Translations under genes and position numbers: made by a program
DNA from: Pristiophorus japonicus
Lineage: Eukaryota
DNA: 64,000 nt
Reading direction: 5' to 3'
Assembly (NCBI RefSeq): GCF_044704955.1
Contig: NW_027251843.1
Coordinates: forward strand, 620,001 to 684,000
Shown here: one piece after another, positions 38,580-52,130 of the stretch
How positions within the stretch are numbered: the stretch's first letter is position 1
Layout: each line of letters opens with the position of its first letter
Notes under the pieces: model-generated
The model's database searches: none
Told to the model about the DNA's origin: nothing
What the model saw: the letters and a program-made list of their open reading frames with translations, nothing else

Positions 38580-41500
38580 TATTCTCTAATTTCCGGATTA
38601 CTCCCGGTGCCACGAGCTGGTGAATACAGAAACAGGAGGATAGAGCAGATGAATGCGTGGCGGGAGAGATGGTGCAGGCAGGATGCTTTAGTTTCCTGAG
38701 GCATTGGGACCGTTTCTGGGGGAGGTGGGACCTGTACAAACCGGCCGGGTTGCTCCTCAACAGAGCCGGGACCAATATCCTCGAGGGGAGCATTTGCCAG
38801 TGCTGTTGGGGAGGGTTTAAACTAGCTTGGCAGGGGGATGGGAACCTGAGAATAGATTCAGTAGGGAGGGGACTAAAGCTGGAATTAGAAAGCAAAAATA
38901 AAGAAAGTGAGTTTGAAGGAGAGAGGAAACAAGCAGATAAAAAGGGTAAAAAAACAAATTTAAAGGCTCTTTGTCGAAATAACAAAATAGATGAGTTGAC
39001 GGTACAAATAGATACAAATGAATATGATCTGATAGCCATTACAGAGACATGGTTGCAAGGTGACCAGGACTGGGAACTAAATACTCAGGCGTCCTTGACA
39101 ATCCGGAAGAACAGACAGAAAGGAAAAGGAGGTGGTGTTGCTCTGTTGATAAAGGATGGAATCACTGCAATAGTGAGAAATGATATTGGCTCAAATGATC
39201 AGGATGTTGAAACAGTTTGGGTGGAGATAAGGAATAATAAAGGGAAAAAGTCACTGGTGGGCATATCTATCGGCCCCCTAACATTAGCAATTCTGTTGAT
39301 CGGAGTATAAAGCAAGAAATAGTGGAGGATTGTAAAAAGGGAACAGCAATAATTATGGGTGATTTTAACCTCCACATTGATTGGATAAATCAAATTGATC
39401 AGGGTAGTCTTGAGGAAGAGTTCATAGAGTGCATAAGGGACGGGTTCCTTGAGTAGTATGTAATGGAACCAACCAGGGGACAGGCTATCTTAGATCTGGT
39501 CCTGTATAATGAGACAGTATTAATAAACAATCTCCGAGTAAAGGATCCCCTTGGACTGAGTGAGGATAACATGGTTCAATTTCAAATTCAGATTGAGGGT
39601 GAGAAAGATGGATCTCTAACCGGCATACTAAGCTGAAATAATGGAGACTACAAAGGTATGAGGTCAGATTTGGCGAAAGTGGACTGGGAAAATAGATTAA
39701 AGTGTAGGATGGCTGATGAACAATGGCATACATATAAGGAGATATTTCACAACTCTCAAGAAAAATATATTCCAGTGAGGAGGAAATGGTGTGAAAGAAA
39801 AGATAGCCATCCGTGGCTAACTAAAGAAATAAAGGATGGTATCCAATTAAAAACAAGGGCATACAAAGTGGCCAAAACTAGTGGAAGGACAGAAATTGAG
39901 AAACTTTTAAAAGCCTGCAAAGAATGATGAAAAAAATGATTAAGAATGGGAAGATAGACTATGAAAGTAAACTAGCACAAAATATAAAAAGAGATAGCAA
40001 GAGTTTCTATCGGTATATAAAAAGGAAAAGAGTGGCTAAAATAAATGTTGGTCCCTGAGAGGACAAAACCAGGGAATTAGTGATGGGGAACATGGAGATG
40101 GCAGAAACTCTGAACAAATATTTTGTATCAGTCTTTACGGTAGAGGACACTGAGATGAGGAGGAATTTCTTCTCTCAGAGGGTTGTAAATCTGTGGAATT
40201 TGCTGCCTCAGAGAGTTGTGGAGGCTGGGTCATTGAATATATTTAAGACAGAGATAGACAGTTTCTTAACTGACAAGGGACTAAGGGGTTCTGGAGAGCA
40301 AGCAGGGAAGTTGACCTGAGTCCATGATCGGATCGGCCATGATCATATTAAATAGCAAAGCAGGCTCGAGGGGCCATGTGGCCTACTCCTGCTCCTATTT
40401 CTTATGTTCTTAAAATGAGGGGGAGTAGGACTAATTGGGTAATTTTTTCAAAGAGCCGGCACAGGCACGATGGGCCGAATGGCCTCCTTCTGTGCTGTAC
40501 TATTCTAGTCTGTGAGCCCGGTTCACAGTTTTCTCCCGTGTCATTAACAAACGTACAGCTGTGACAACCTCCCTCTTTCACTTCCTCTGTGGGTGAAGTT
40601 TCATTCTTCCGATCTGACAGTCTCTTCAGTTATTTTTTGCACGGGGGATTTCTGCTGTGGTCTGAGTCTCTAATAATAACCGTCCAATCAGGCAGAATAA
40701 CAGCAGCTCGGACCGGCTAGAACAGCGCACCCAGGCTCAGTGCTGACCCTGCAACGTCCTCCTCACCAACATCTGGGCACTTTTGCCAGAAGTGGGAGAG
40801 CTGCCCCACAGACTAGTCAAGCACCAGCCTGACATAGTCCTACTCACAGAATCAGACCTTTCAGCCAATGTCCTACTGCCCCCTCTCCCCGCCCCCGAAT
40901 CCCGTGAACCCTTAAACAGGAACCCTTTTGAAGAAGAGTCTGTTCTGAGATTCTGGCTGTGAGAGATTCAGTGCTGAGAAAACAATCACTATCACTACAG
41001 AAAAAGTACTCGGTAAAATAATGGAACTAAAGGTGGACAAGTCCCCTGGACCTGATGGCCTGCATCCTAGGCTCGTAAATGAAGTGGCTGCAGAGATAGT
41101 GGATGCATTGGTTGCAATCTACAAAAGTTCCCAGAATTCTGGAGAGGTCCCAGCAGATTGGAAAATCGCAAATATAACGCCCCTATTTAAAAAAGAGAGA
41201 CAGAAAGCAGGAAACTATAGACCAGTTAGCCTAACATCTGTGGTTGGGAAAATGCTGGAGTTCATTATTAAGGAAGCAGTAGCAGGACATTTGGAAAAGC
41301 ATAATTCAATCAAGCAGAGTCAGCATGTTTTTATGAAAGGGAAATCATGTTTGACACATTTGTTGGAGTTCTTTGAGGACGTAACGCGCAGGGTGGATAT
41401 GGGGGGACAAGTGGGTGTGGTGTATTTGGATTTCTAGAAGGGATTCAATAAGATGCCACATAAAAGATTACCGCACACGATAAGAGAACATGGGGTTGGT

Positions 41501-42560
41501 GCTAATATATTAGCATGGATAGAGGATTGGCTAGCTCACAGAAAACAGAGAGTCAGGATCAATGGGTCATTTTCTGGTTGGCAAACGGTAACTAGTTGGG
41601 TTTCACAGGGATCGGTGTTGGGGCCTCAACTATTTACAATCTATGGTAATAACTTATATGAAGGGACCGAGTGTAAAAAATCAAAGAGCAAATTATTATT
41701 TAAATGGAGAGAGATTACAAAATGCTGTAACACAGAGGGACCTGGGGGTCCTTGCGCATGAAACACAAAAAGTTAGTATGCAGAGACAGCAAGTAATCAG
41801 GAAGCAAATGGAATGTTGGCCTTAATTGCAAGGGGGATGGAATATAAAAGCAGGGAAGTCCTGCTACATCTGTACAGGGTATTGGTGAGACCGAGAGTAC
41901 TGTGCACAGTTTTGGTCTCCTTATGTAAGGAGGGATATATTTGCACTGGAGGCAATTCAGATAAGGTTCATGAGGTTGATTCCTGAGATGAAGGGGCTGA
42001 CTTATGAAGAAAGTTTGAGCAGGTTAATCAGAACATAAGAAATAGGAACAGGAGTAGGCCATACGGCCCCTCCGCCATTCAATAAGGTCATGGCTGATCT
42101 GATCATGGAGTCAGCTCCATTTCCCCGCCCGCTCCACATATATTCTTTGGAGTTTAGAAGAATGAGAGATGAACTTATTCAAACATATAAGATTCTGAGA
42201 TGGCTCGACAAGGTAATTGCAGAAAGGATGTTTCCAGTCATAGGGGAATCTAGAACTGGGGGCAGAGTTTAAGAATAAGGGGTCGCCCATTGAGAATTGA
42301 GATGAGGAGGAATTTCTTCTCTCAGAGGGTTGTAAATCTGTTCAGTTCTCTGCCCCAGAGAGCTATGGAGGCTGGTCATTGAATATATTTAAGGTGGAGA
42401 TAGACAGATTTTTGAACGATAAGGCAGTAAAGGGTTATGGGGAACGGGTAGGGAAGTGGTGCTGAGCCCAGGATCAGATCAGCCATGATCTTATTGAATG
42501 GCGGAGCAGGCTCGAGGGGCCAAATGGCCGAGTCCTGCTCCTATTTCTTATGTTCTTATG
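38580..42560 (+). mobile_element. CR1 (ORF1 end plus ORF2) interrupted at about 40151-40977 by a foreign cassette
   Basis: HWDRFWGRWDLY (ORF1), IAITETW and GGGVAL (endonuclease). Frame breaks after FVSVFTVEDT and resumes at DKSPGPDGLHPR. 3' tail near 42555. Confidence 0.88.
40510..40720. promoter_or_regulatory. Candidate B-cell enhancer module, copy A (inverted duplicate of 54180-54390)
   Basis: 2 mismatches in 211 bp against the reverse complement of copy B. CAGCTG 40556-40561, TTTCACTTCC 40576-40585, GGGGATTTCT 40644-40653, TGTGGT 40656-40661, CCAAT 40684-40688. Confidence 0.5.
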
Positions 42561-42567
42561 ATTCTTT

Positions 42568-45500
42568 GGCCTAGAATTTCCCCGGTCTAGCACCAGCCAT
42601 TTAGAGGGTTTTGTTCAAATAATCGCGGCCGCCTTGCTTGCGACCCGGGACACGTCATCCACCATTTTTGGTAAGGGCCGTACCGCTGTCGTTGGCAGCA
42701 CACACCTCACAATGTGGATTGTCAGATGGTGACACCAATGCCTGGCTCGAGCCATGACTGTTAATTGAGGCGTTTGCGCTCACCATATGGCCCTGCCCTA
42801 AGCACACGCAGAAAAGCAGGCGTGAAGCAGCCCTGCACAGACGCAGTTGGTGCTTCTTAACGGGGCACACATCTTTCAGGTATGTTTGCATTTAAGCTCT
42901 GGTCTGTTTTAAACAATATATTTTATGGAAGTAGTGGCTTAGTGCAATAAATGTTCAATGTTTTTTCAGTGTGCAGGGAATGCAAGGGGTGCTGCTGGAC
43001 ACATGCAAAGCCTCGGGTGGTAAAGAAAGATCTCTGGAAAGACCGTGAATGCTGGAAATACTCAGCAGGTCAGGCAGCATCCATGGAGAGAGACAGAGTT
43101 AACGTTTCAGCTCAAGATGCTGCCTGACCTGCTGAGTATTTCCAGCATTTACTGCCTTTATTTCCGATTTCCAACTTCTGCTCGCAAAGGGAGGAGGAGG
43201 AAGTGGAAGGAAGGAGGCAACCCAGACAGTCACTTTCTGGCCGGGATATCTGGGATCGAATCATCTGCCTGCAGTCCCAGTGACCACAACCCCAATCCCC
43301 TTTCAACATTAGTCCAACACCTTACTGTCCCTCTGTTACTGACCATCACATCGTCCTCTTGGCCACAATGCTGAAATAAAAGCACCCGCAAACTTTCCAA
43401 TCCAACTTTATCCATATCTGCATCCAATACTATATCAAAAAATCAACTGATCGCCATTAGTCACTGTCTTGTGTGTGTCTTTGCCGATCGTACTGATGTC
43501 ACGCAGTGCTACCCCAGGGGCTGCAGCAGGGCTGCTGGAAGGCTGCTGACTTTCAGTGGGGGACACTGCAGATGGCCTTGCTGGTCGACCTTGAGGAGCG
43601 GGTGGCTGGGAGTGAGAAATCGAGTGATGGTGTGCCTTCACTCTCCTCTCCCTCTGCTTGGTAACCCGTGGGCTGGGCAGGCTGGATTTGGGTGTGTGAA
43701 ATGAGGAAGGGTGGAGTTGTGGTGAGGGGAGGTGGGAAAGCAAGAGCTGCCTGCTTACACCCTGCGCACCTTGTAAATTAGAAGCGATTCTAATTCTGAG
43801 GGGGGAAGTGGGACGTGAGAAGGAGGATAACGTACGAGGATACCAGCATCTTGTATCCTTTTTGCCCCGCCGCTGGCCAGGGGCTCAGCCATGCCCCTGC
43901 CAAGAATGGCCTGCAGCGTCTTCTCCAAGGGGGTGAGGTGAGGCTGGGACTGGGAGGTGTGCCTGGTGTTTGGTACAGATTGTTGGTACGTGAGCGATTG
44001 TGGGGGGCAGGGGGTCGGACATTGAGCAGTGTGCGAGGTTAGTGGTGCAGTTGGTAGGAGACGGCTTTTGAAGATGCTCTCCCTAACCTTGACCAGTGGT
44101 GTGAGGGCATGAAACTTCTGTGGGCAGTGGTGCCAGATGTTGGGGGCGACACTGCATCCAATATTACATCAAAAAGCCCACTAATCCCCCTGTGCATTCC
44201 CTTGGTGTCTGCCTTGTGTGTGTCTTTGCCTGTCCGAGTGCTCCTATGCACTGATACCCCAGGGGATGCAGCAGGGCTGCTGGAAGGCTGCTGACTTTCA
44301 GTTGGGGAGACTGGAGATGGCCTTGGAGGGCGACCTCGAGCAGCTCTGGGCCTGGAAGGCCCGGCTGCGGACTGCATCACCTCGGCCTTGGCGGCAGCAG
44401 TCTGGGCTGGCTGGCTGATAGGCAACAGCATCGACACTGGTGGAGTGGCAGTTGTGGGTGTACGAATGTTGTCATTCTGAGAGAGGGCAGTAGGTTTGTG
44501 CTCCACGGAGCCACTGCCATTCCTCCGGGGGGAGGGGGTGCATCATTCCCGGGGGGCAGATTGCTGGACTGTTGTGACACCCTGCAAGCCCCTTTGAACA
44601 CTGGAATCTGCAGCCATGATGGCAGCAGTCTGAGCTTGCATGGCGTTGGGTGGCTGCTGCTTGTGCTGCAATGGAAGCCGAGACATCGGCCATCAGACGC
44701 TGCATCATGGCTGGGTCCACAAGGGCCCTAATGGAGTGTGCCACCATTCCGTGCTGGAAAGGATGGACTCCAAGCTCTGCGCAAAGCCCTGTGCCAAGCT
44801 GGTGCCCGACTCCTCCGTGCTTCTTGACATTGAGCGCAGGCTTTCTGGCAGGGTTCCTAATGCACCAAGCATTTCATTGTACATACCCATCAGCCTTCAT
44901 CTGTAGCCCGCCCATCGAAATCCTCATCTGAGTCCTCTACACCAGAACCCGTGTGTGACCTCACCCTCCGGCGAGCTGGAACCTGCGCCATCCTTGCCCC
45001 CTGCCCTGGCTGCATGCCCCTCGTGCCCGGTGTCTCACCACGTGCCGATCCCGCCTCTACACTACCCTCTACATTACACGCAGTGTCAGTATCTGAGCTG
45101 GTGGCTGCAAGGGTGAAATCGAGGGACGGTGTGTCTTCACCATCATGTCTTCTGTCTTTTCCACCTCTTGCTCTTCCAACACTGCCTGGCCATATGGCAG
45201 TTCCTGGGTATGTGAAAGGAGAAAGGTACAAGGGGAGGGTTGCAGTGCGGGGAGGGTGGTGATGGGGGGGTCGATGTAAGAGGGGCATGCTTTACACCAT
45301 CTGCAGCTTGTAAATCAGAAGGGATTGTGCGCTGAGAGGGACGTGGCATGTGAGAAGGAGGATTAGGTACGGCCATACCATCATCTTCTGTGGTTCCGCC
45401 CCGCCACTGGCCACGAGCTCAGCGATGGGCACGCCAATGATGGCGAGCACCGTCACCTCCACGGGGATAAGGACATCTGGGCGCGCCTGCCCCCCGCCAC

Positions 45501-46671
45501 TGAGCTCCTGCTGCCTCGGGTTCTGGGCCACCTTGCTCTGCAAGAGAGGGAAGTGTATCGGTGAGTGTGGTGCCCTGTGTTTGGGTGATGCGCCTGTCAC
45601 AGTTGAATAGCTGGCAGTGTGTGCAAGCTGTGAGATGTGGGCGTGAGGCTTGCAGCAGAATCTAAGTGTGTGAGAGTGAGGTGAAGCTGTGAGTGTGGAT
45701 GTTTCCCTTTGTGGGGGAATCTGGAACTAGGGGGCATAGTCTCAGAATAAGCGGACCCCATTTAAGATGGAGATGAGGAGAAATTTCTTCTCTCAGCGGG
45801 TCGTGAATCTTTGGAATTCTCTGCCCCAGAGAGCTGCGGGGGCTGGGTCATTGAGTATATTCAAGGCTGAGATAGACAGATTCTTGAACTACAGGAGAGT
45901 CACGGGTTATGGGGAACAGGCAGCGAAGTGGAGTTGAGGCCAAGATCAAATCAGCCATGTTCTTATTGAATGGTGGACCAGCTCGAGGGGCCGTATGGCC
46001 CACTCCTGCTCCTATTCCATATGTTCTTGTGTATGAGTCCTGATTGCTAGAGATTGTTGGTAGTGGGTGATGGGGGTGTGGTACATTGAGCAATGTGTGA
46101 GACTAGTGGAGCAGTTGGTGGGACACGGCATTTGAAGATGATTTCACCGACCTTGACCACTCTCGTGAGGTCATTGAACATTTGGCGGCACTGCATCCTG
46201 GTCCTCGGGTCCTGGTCTCACTGCCTTCGAAACGTTTGTCTGGTGGAGCCTCCTCGCCCCCTGTGGGTAGAGAACATCTCTCCCCATCTGCACCTCCTCT
46301 CCCAAGGCCTCCAGTGCAGCGCTGGAGGATCTTGGAGCCGGCTCTCTCCCCTGTTGTGTCATCAGTACGTCTTGGTCCAGGTCAGAATGTCTTCCACAGC
46401 TACTTCCAGCACCTGCTCCAGACACATTTCACCTGTCCATTAAGAGGTGCAGGCCAGATTTAACTGGTGCCAGGCTCACAGAACTTTGGGCCCCGGGCGC
46501 TGAGGCCTGTAGCCACTCAACAGCACAGTTAGTGCTGGGTGCACGCACCAATCATGTTGGTTAGCAGGCAGCACAAATTTGGCCTGCTGCCTGCATCGGG
46601 AGCTATGGGCGTGGGTTAATCCCGCATCGTGATCCTCGCGCATGTTTGCAGGGCCGATCGAATTTATCCCC
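42568..46671. mobile_element. Decayed PIF/Harbinger element with a spliced Myb/SANT-like ORF on the minus strand
   Basis: Exon-like pieces REPAPRSSSAALEAL..VLYP (46171-46425), KVAQN.RQQELSGGGQA (45355-45540) and a 3' part homologous to 26092-27030. Ends GAATTTATCCCC. CR1 tail inserted at about 45700-46030. Confidence 0.65.
43048..43149. repeat. Perfect 34-bp inverted repeat (Penelope-associated palindromic terminus)
   Basis: AATGCTGGAAATACTCAGCAGGTCAGGCAGCATC 43048-43081 and its reverse complement 43116-43149. Confidence 0.85.
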
Positions 46672-46722
46672 CATAGAGACCGTGATCATAGAGATTCTGC
46701 ACCGTGTGTGGGAAGGGGATTA

Positions 46723-49700
46723 GAAAATATAGAAAATATAGAAAATAAGTGCAGGAGTAGGCCATTCGGCCCTTCTAGCCTGCACTGCCATTCAATGTGT
46801 TCATGGCTGAACATGCAACTTCAGTACCCCATTCCTGCTTTCTCGCCATACCCCTTGATCCCCCTAGTAGTAAGGACTTCATCAAACTTCTTTTTGAATA
46901 TATTTAGTGAATTGGCCTCAACAACTTTCTGTGGTAGATAATTCCACAGGTTCACCACTCTCTGGGTGAAGAAGTTTCTCCTCATCTCGGTCCTAAATGG
47001 CTTATCCCTTATCCTTAGACTGTGACCCCTGGTTCTGGACTTCCCCAACATTGGGAACATTCTTCCTGCATCTAACCTGTCAAAACCCATCAGAAATTTA
47101 AACATTTCTATGAGGTCCCCTCTAATTCTTCTGAACTCCAGTGAATACAAGCCCGGTTGATCCAGTCTTTCTTGATAGGTCAGTCCTGCCATCCCGGTAA
47201 TCAGTCTGGTGAACCTTCGCTGCACTCCCTCAATAGCAAGAATGTCCTTCCTCAGGTTAGGAGACCAAAACTGTACACAATACTCCCTGCCCCTGTACTC
47301 AAATCCCCTCGCTTTGAAGGCCAACATGCCATTTGCTTTCTTAACCGCCTGCTGTACCTGCATGCCAACCTTCAACGACTGATGTACCATGACACCCAGG
47401 TCTCGTTGCACCTCCCCTTTTCCTAATCTGTCACCATTCAGATAATAGTCTGTCTCTCTGTTTTTACCACCAAAGTGGATAACCTCACATTTATCCACAT
47501 TATACTTCATCTGCCATGCATTTGCCCACTCACCTAACCTATCCAAGTCGCTCTGCAGCCTCACAACATCCTCCTCGCAGCTCACACTGCCACCCAACTT
47601 AGTGTCATCCGCAAATTTGGAGATACTACATTTAATCCCCTGGTCTAAATCATTAATGTACAGTGTAAACAGCTGGGGCCCCAGCACAGAACCTTGCGGT
47701 ACCCCACTAGTCACTGCCTGCCATTCTGAAAAGTACCCACTTACACCGACTCTTTGCTTCCTGTCTGACAACCAGTTCTCAATTCATGTCAGCACACTAC
47801 CCCCAATCCCATGTGCTTTAACTTTGCACATTAATCTCTTGTGTGGGACCTTGTCGAAAGCCTTCTGAAATTCCAAATATACCACATCAACTGGTTCTCC
47901 CTTGTCCACTCTACTGGAAACATCCTCAAAAAATTCCAGAAGATTTGTCAAGCATGATTTCCCTTTCACAAATCCATGCTGACTTGGACCTATCATGTCA
48001 CCTCTTTCCAAATGCGCTGCTATGACATCCTTAAGAATTGATTCCATCATTTTACCCACTACCGATGTCAGGCTGACCGGTCTATAATTCCCTGTTTTCT
48101 TTCTCCCTCCTTTTTTAAAAAGTGGGGTTACATTGACTACCCTCCACTCGATAGAAACTGATCCAGAGTCAATGGAATGTTGGAAAATGACTGTCAATGC
48201 ATCTGCTATTTCCAAGGCCACCTCCTTAAGTACTCTGGGATGCAGTCCATCAGGTCCTGGGGATTTATCGGCCTTCAATCCCATCAATTTCCCCAACACA
48301 ATTTCCCGACTAATAAGGATTTCCCTCAGTTCCTCCTCCTTCTTACTGGACCCTCTGACCCCTTTTATATCCGGAAGGTTGTTTGTGTCCTCCTTAGTGA
48401 ACAGCGAACCGAAGTACTTGTTCAATTGGTCCGCCATTTCTTTGTTCCCCGTTATGACTTCCCCTGATTCTGACTGCAGGGGTCCTACGTTTGTCTTGAC
48501 TAACCTTTTTCTCTTTACATATCGATAAAAACTTTTGCAATCCGTCTTAATGTTCCCTGCAAGCTTCTTCTCGTACTCCATTTTCCCTGCCCTAATCAAA
48601 CCCTTTGTCCTCCTCTGCTGAGTTCTAAATTTCTCCCAGTCCCCGGGTTCACTGCTATTTCTGGCCAATTTGTATGCCACTTCCTTGGCTTTAATACTAT
48701 CCCTGATTTCCCTTGATAGCCACGATTGAGCCACCTTCCCTTTTTTATTTTTATGCCAGAAGGAATGTACAATTGTTGTAGTTCATCCATGCGGTCTCTA
48801 AATGTCTGCCATTGCCCATCCACAGTCAACCCCTTCAGTATCATTCGCCAATCTATCCTGGCCAATTCATGCCTCATACCTTCAAAGTTACCCTTCTTTA
48901 AGTTCTGGACCATGGTCTCTGAATTAACTGTTTCATTCTCCATCCTAATGCAGAATTCCACCATATTATGGTCACTCTTCCCCAAGGGGCCTCGCACAAC
49001 GAGATTGCTAATTAATCCTCTCTCATTACACAACACCCAGTCTAAGATGGCCTCCCCCCTAGTTGGTTCCTTGACATATTGGTCTCAAAAACCATCCCTT
49101 ATGCACTCCAGGAAATCCTCCTCCACCGTATTGCTTCCAGTTTGGTTTGCCCAATCTATGTGCATATTAAAGTCACCCATTATAACTGCTGCACCTTTAT
49201 TGCATGCACCCCTAATTTCCTGTTTGATGCCCTCCCTAACATCACTACTACTGTTTGGAGGTCTGTACACAACTCCCACTAACGTTTTTTGCCCTTTGGT
49301 GTTCTGCAGCTCTACCCATATAGATTCCACATCATCCAAGCTAATGTCCTTCCTAACTATTGCATTAATTTCCTCTTTAACCAGCAATGCTACCCCACCT
49401 CCTTTTATTTTTATTCTATCCTTCCTGAATGTTGAATACCCCTGGATGTTGAGTTCCCAGCCCTGATCATCCTGGAGCCACGTCTCTGTAATGCCAATTA
49501 CATCATATTTGTTAACATCTATTTGCAGTTAATTCATCCACCTTATTACGGATACTCCTTGCATTAAGACACAAAGTCTTCAGGCTTGTTTTTTTAACAC
49601 CCTTTGTCCTTTTAGAATTTTGCTGTACAGTGACCCTTTTTGTTCTTTGCCTTGAGTTTCTCTGCCCTCCAATTTTCCTCATCTCCTTTCTGTCTTTTGC

Positions 49701-51317
49701 TTTTGTCTCCTTTTTGTTTCCCTCTGTCTCCCTGCATTGGTTCCCATCCCCCTGCTATATTAGTTTAACTCCTTCCCAACAGCACGAGCAAATACTCCCC
49801 CGAGGACATTGGTTCCGGTCCTGCCCAGGTGCAGACCGTCCGGTTTGTACTGGTCCCACCTCCCCCAGAACCGGTTCCAATACCCCAGGAATTTGAATCC
49901 CTCCCTGCTGCACCACTGCTCAAGCCACGTATTCATCTGCGCTATCCTGCGATTCCTACTCTGACTAGCACGTGGCACTGGTAGCAATCCCGAGATTACT
50001 ACTTTTGAGGTCCTACTTTTTAATTTAGCTCGTAGCTCCTTAAATTCGTTTCGTAGGTCCTAATCCATTTTTTTACCTATGTCGTTGGTACCAATGTGCA
50101 CCACTGGCTGTTCTTCCTCCCTTTTTAAAATGTCCTGCACCCACTCCGAGACATCCTTGACCCTTGCACCAGGGAGGCAACATACCATCCTGGAGTCTTG
50201 GTTGCGGCCGCAGAAACGCCTATCTATTCCCCTGACAATTGAATCCCCTATCACAATCGCTCTCCCACTCTTTTTCCTGCCCTCCTGTGCAACAGAGCCA
50301 GCCACGGTGCCATGATCTTGGCTGCTGCTGCCCTCCCCTGATGAGTCATCCCCCTCAACAGTACTCAAAGCAGTGTATCTGTTTTGCAGGGGGATGACCA
50401 CAGGGGACCCCTGCACTACCTTCCTTGCTCTGCTCTTCCTGCTGATCTTCCATTCTCAAGCTAGCTGTGGACCCTTTACCTGCGGTACAACCAACTCGCT
50501 ACACGTGCTACTCACGTCATTCTCAGCATCGTGGATGCTCCAGAGTGAATCCACCCTCAGCTCCAACTCCGCAACGCGGTCCGTCAGGAGCTGGAGGTGG
50601 ATACACTTCCCGCACATATAATCGTCAGGGACACTGGAGTCATCCCTGAGTTCCCACATGGACCGAGCTATCCTGCCATGACTTAACCCTTAGATAGGCA
50701 ACAACAATGCTAAAGTTACTCACTGTTATAGAAGAGAAAAAAGAAAAAGTACTCGCCAATCACCAGCCAATCACTTACCCCCTTGGCTGTGACGTCACCT
50801 TTCTGTTTCTTTCTACTTCTTTTTTGCCTTCTCCTTGTAGCTGCACAAGTACGCCTCACCAACGGACCTCCTCGACACTGCTCCCGAGGCTGGGCCCCAG
50901 ACTCCCTGCTGTGCCTTTTATAGGCCTCACCAACGGACCTCCTCGACACTGCTCCCGAGGCTGGGCCCCGGACTCCCTGCTGTGCCTTTTATAGGCCTCA
51001 CCAACGGACCTCCTCGACACTGCTCCCGAAGCTGGGTCCCGGACTCCCTGCTGTGCTTTTTATAGGCCTCACCAACGGACCTCCTCCACGCTGCTCCCGA
51101 GGCTGGGCCCCAGACTCCCTGTTGTGCCTTTTATAGGCCTCTCCACGCACCTCCTCGACGCTGCTCCCAATGCTGGGCCCCGGACTCCCTGCTGTGCCTT
51201 TTATAGGCCTCTCCACGCACCTCCGACGCTGCTCCCGACGCTGGGCCCCGGACTCCCTGCTGTGCCTTTTATAGGCCTCTCCATGCACCTCCGACGCTGC
51301 TCCCGACTGCTGCTGAT
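46723..51317 (-). mobile_element. Near-full-length CR1 LINE (about 4.6 kb): repetitive 5' UTR, ORF1 (zinc finger plus esterase), ORF2 (EN-RT) with frameshifts
   Basis: CGKC..LQLL, VIGDSIVRG, GDFN, SDHN, FADD, 3' tail, putative TSD GATTA (46718-46722, 51318-51322). 5' UTR tandem units at 50850-51310. Confidence 0.95.
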
Positions 51318-51403
51318 GATTAAATGGGTGGCACATTCCATGATAGGGTGGAGTGTACATGGTGTGTGGAAGGGGATTAAATGGGTGGTAGATCCCATGA
51401 TAG

Positions 51404-52130
51404 ACAAAGCTTCTCAACCAACCTGCCCCCGCCACACTGCACTGTCCCTCGATTATTAATATCCACGACAAGGCCTTGGACAAAGTGGACCATATTCCAT
51501 ACCACGCGAATCTACTGGCAACAAGGGCAGACATCAACGTCGAAGTCCAACATCGTCTTCAGTGTGCCAGTGCAGTCTTTGACCGCCTGAGGAAGAGAAT
51601 GTTTAAAGACCAGGACCTCAAACTGGGCACCAAGCTCATGGCCTACAGAGCAGTAGTCATACCTGCCCTTATATATGGCTCAGAGATGTGGACTATATAC
51701 AGCAGACATCTCAAAGCGCTGCAGAAGTACCACCAATGCTGTCTCCACAAGATCCTGCAAATCCATTGGCAATATAGGTGCACCAACGTCAGTGTTCTCA
51801 CTCAGGCAAACATCCCCAGCATCGAAGCATTGACCACAATCGATCAGCTCCGTTGGGTCGGCCACATTGCTTGTATGCCCGATATGAGACTCCCAAAACA
51901 AGCGCTCCAACACGACAAGCGAGCCCCAAGTTGGCAGAGGAAACATTTCAAGGAAACCCTCAAAGCCTCCTTGAAAAAGTGCAACATCCCCTCCGACACC
52001 TGGGAATCCCTGGCCCAAGACTGCTCAAAGTGGAGGAGACATTCGGGAAGGTGCCGAACACCTGAGAACTCATGTTAGTGTGAAAGCAAGTCATCCTCAA
52101 CTCCGAGGGTCTGCCTAAGAAGAGAGAGAG
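51404..52130 (+). mobile_element. RTE-clade LINE 3' fragment
   Basis: TKLMAYRAVVIPALIYGSE.W, QLRWVGH...MPD.RLPKQ, tail ..CTGCCTAAGAAGAG. Confidence 0.9.

Noticed and set aside
30100-40500. Inverted second V gene expected to the left of enhancer-like copy A
   Set aside because: No leader, V or RSS was recognised on the minus strand. The region is TE-derived.
43048-43149. Hammerhead ribozyme in the Penelope-type hairpin
   Set aside because: The CTGATGA catalytic core is absent. Only the GAAAC-side remnant remains.
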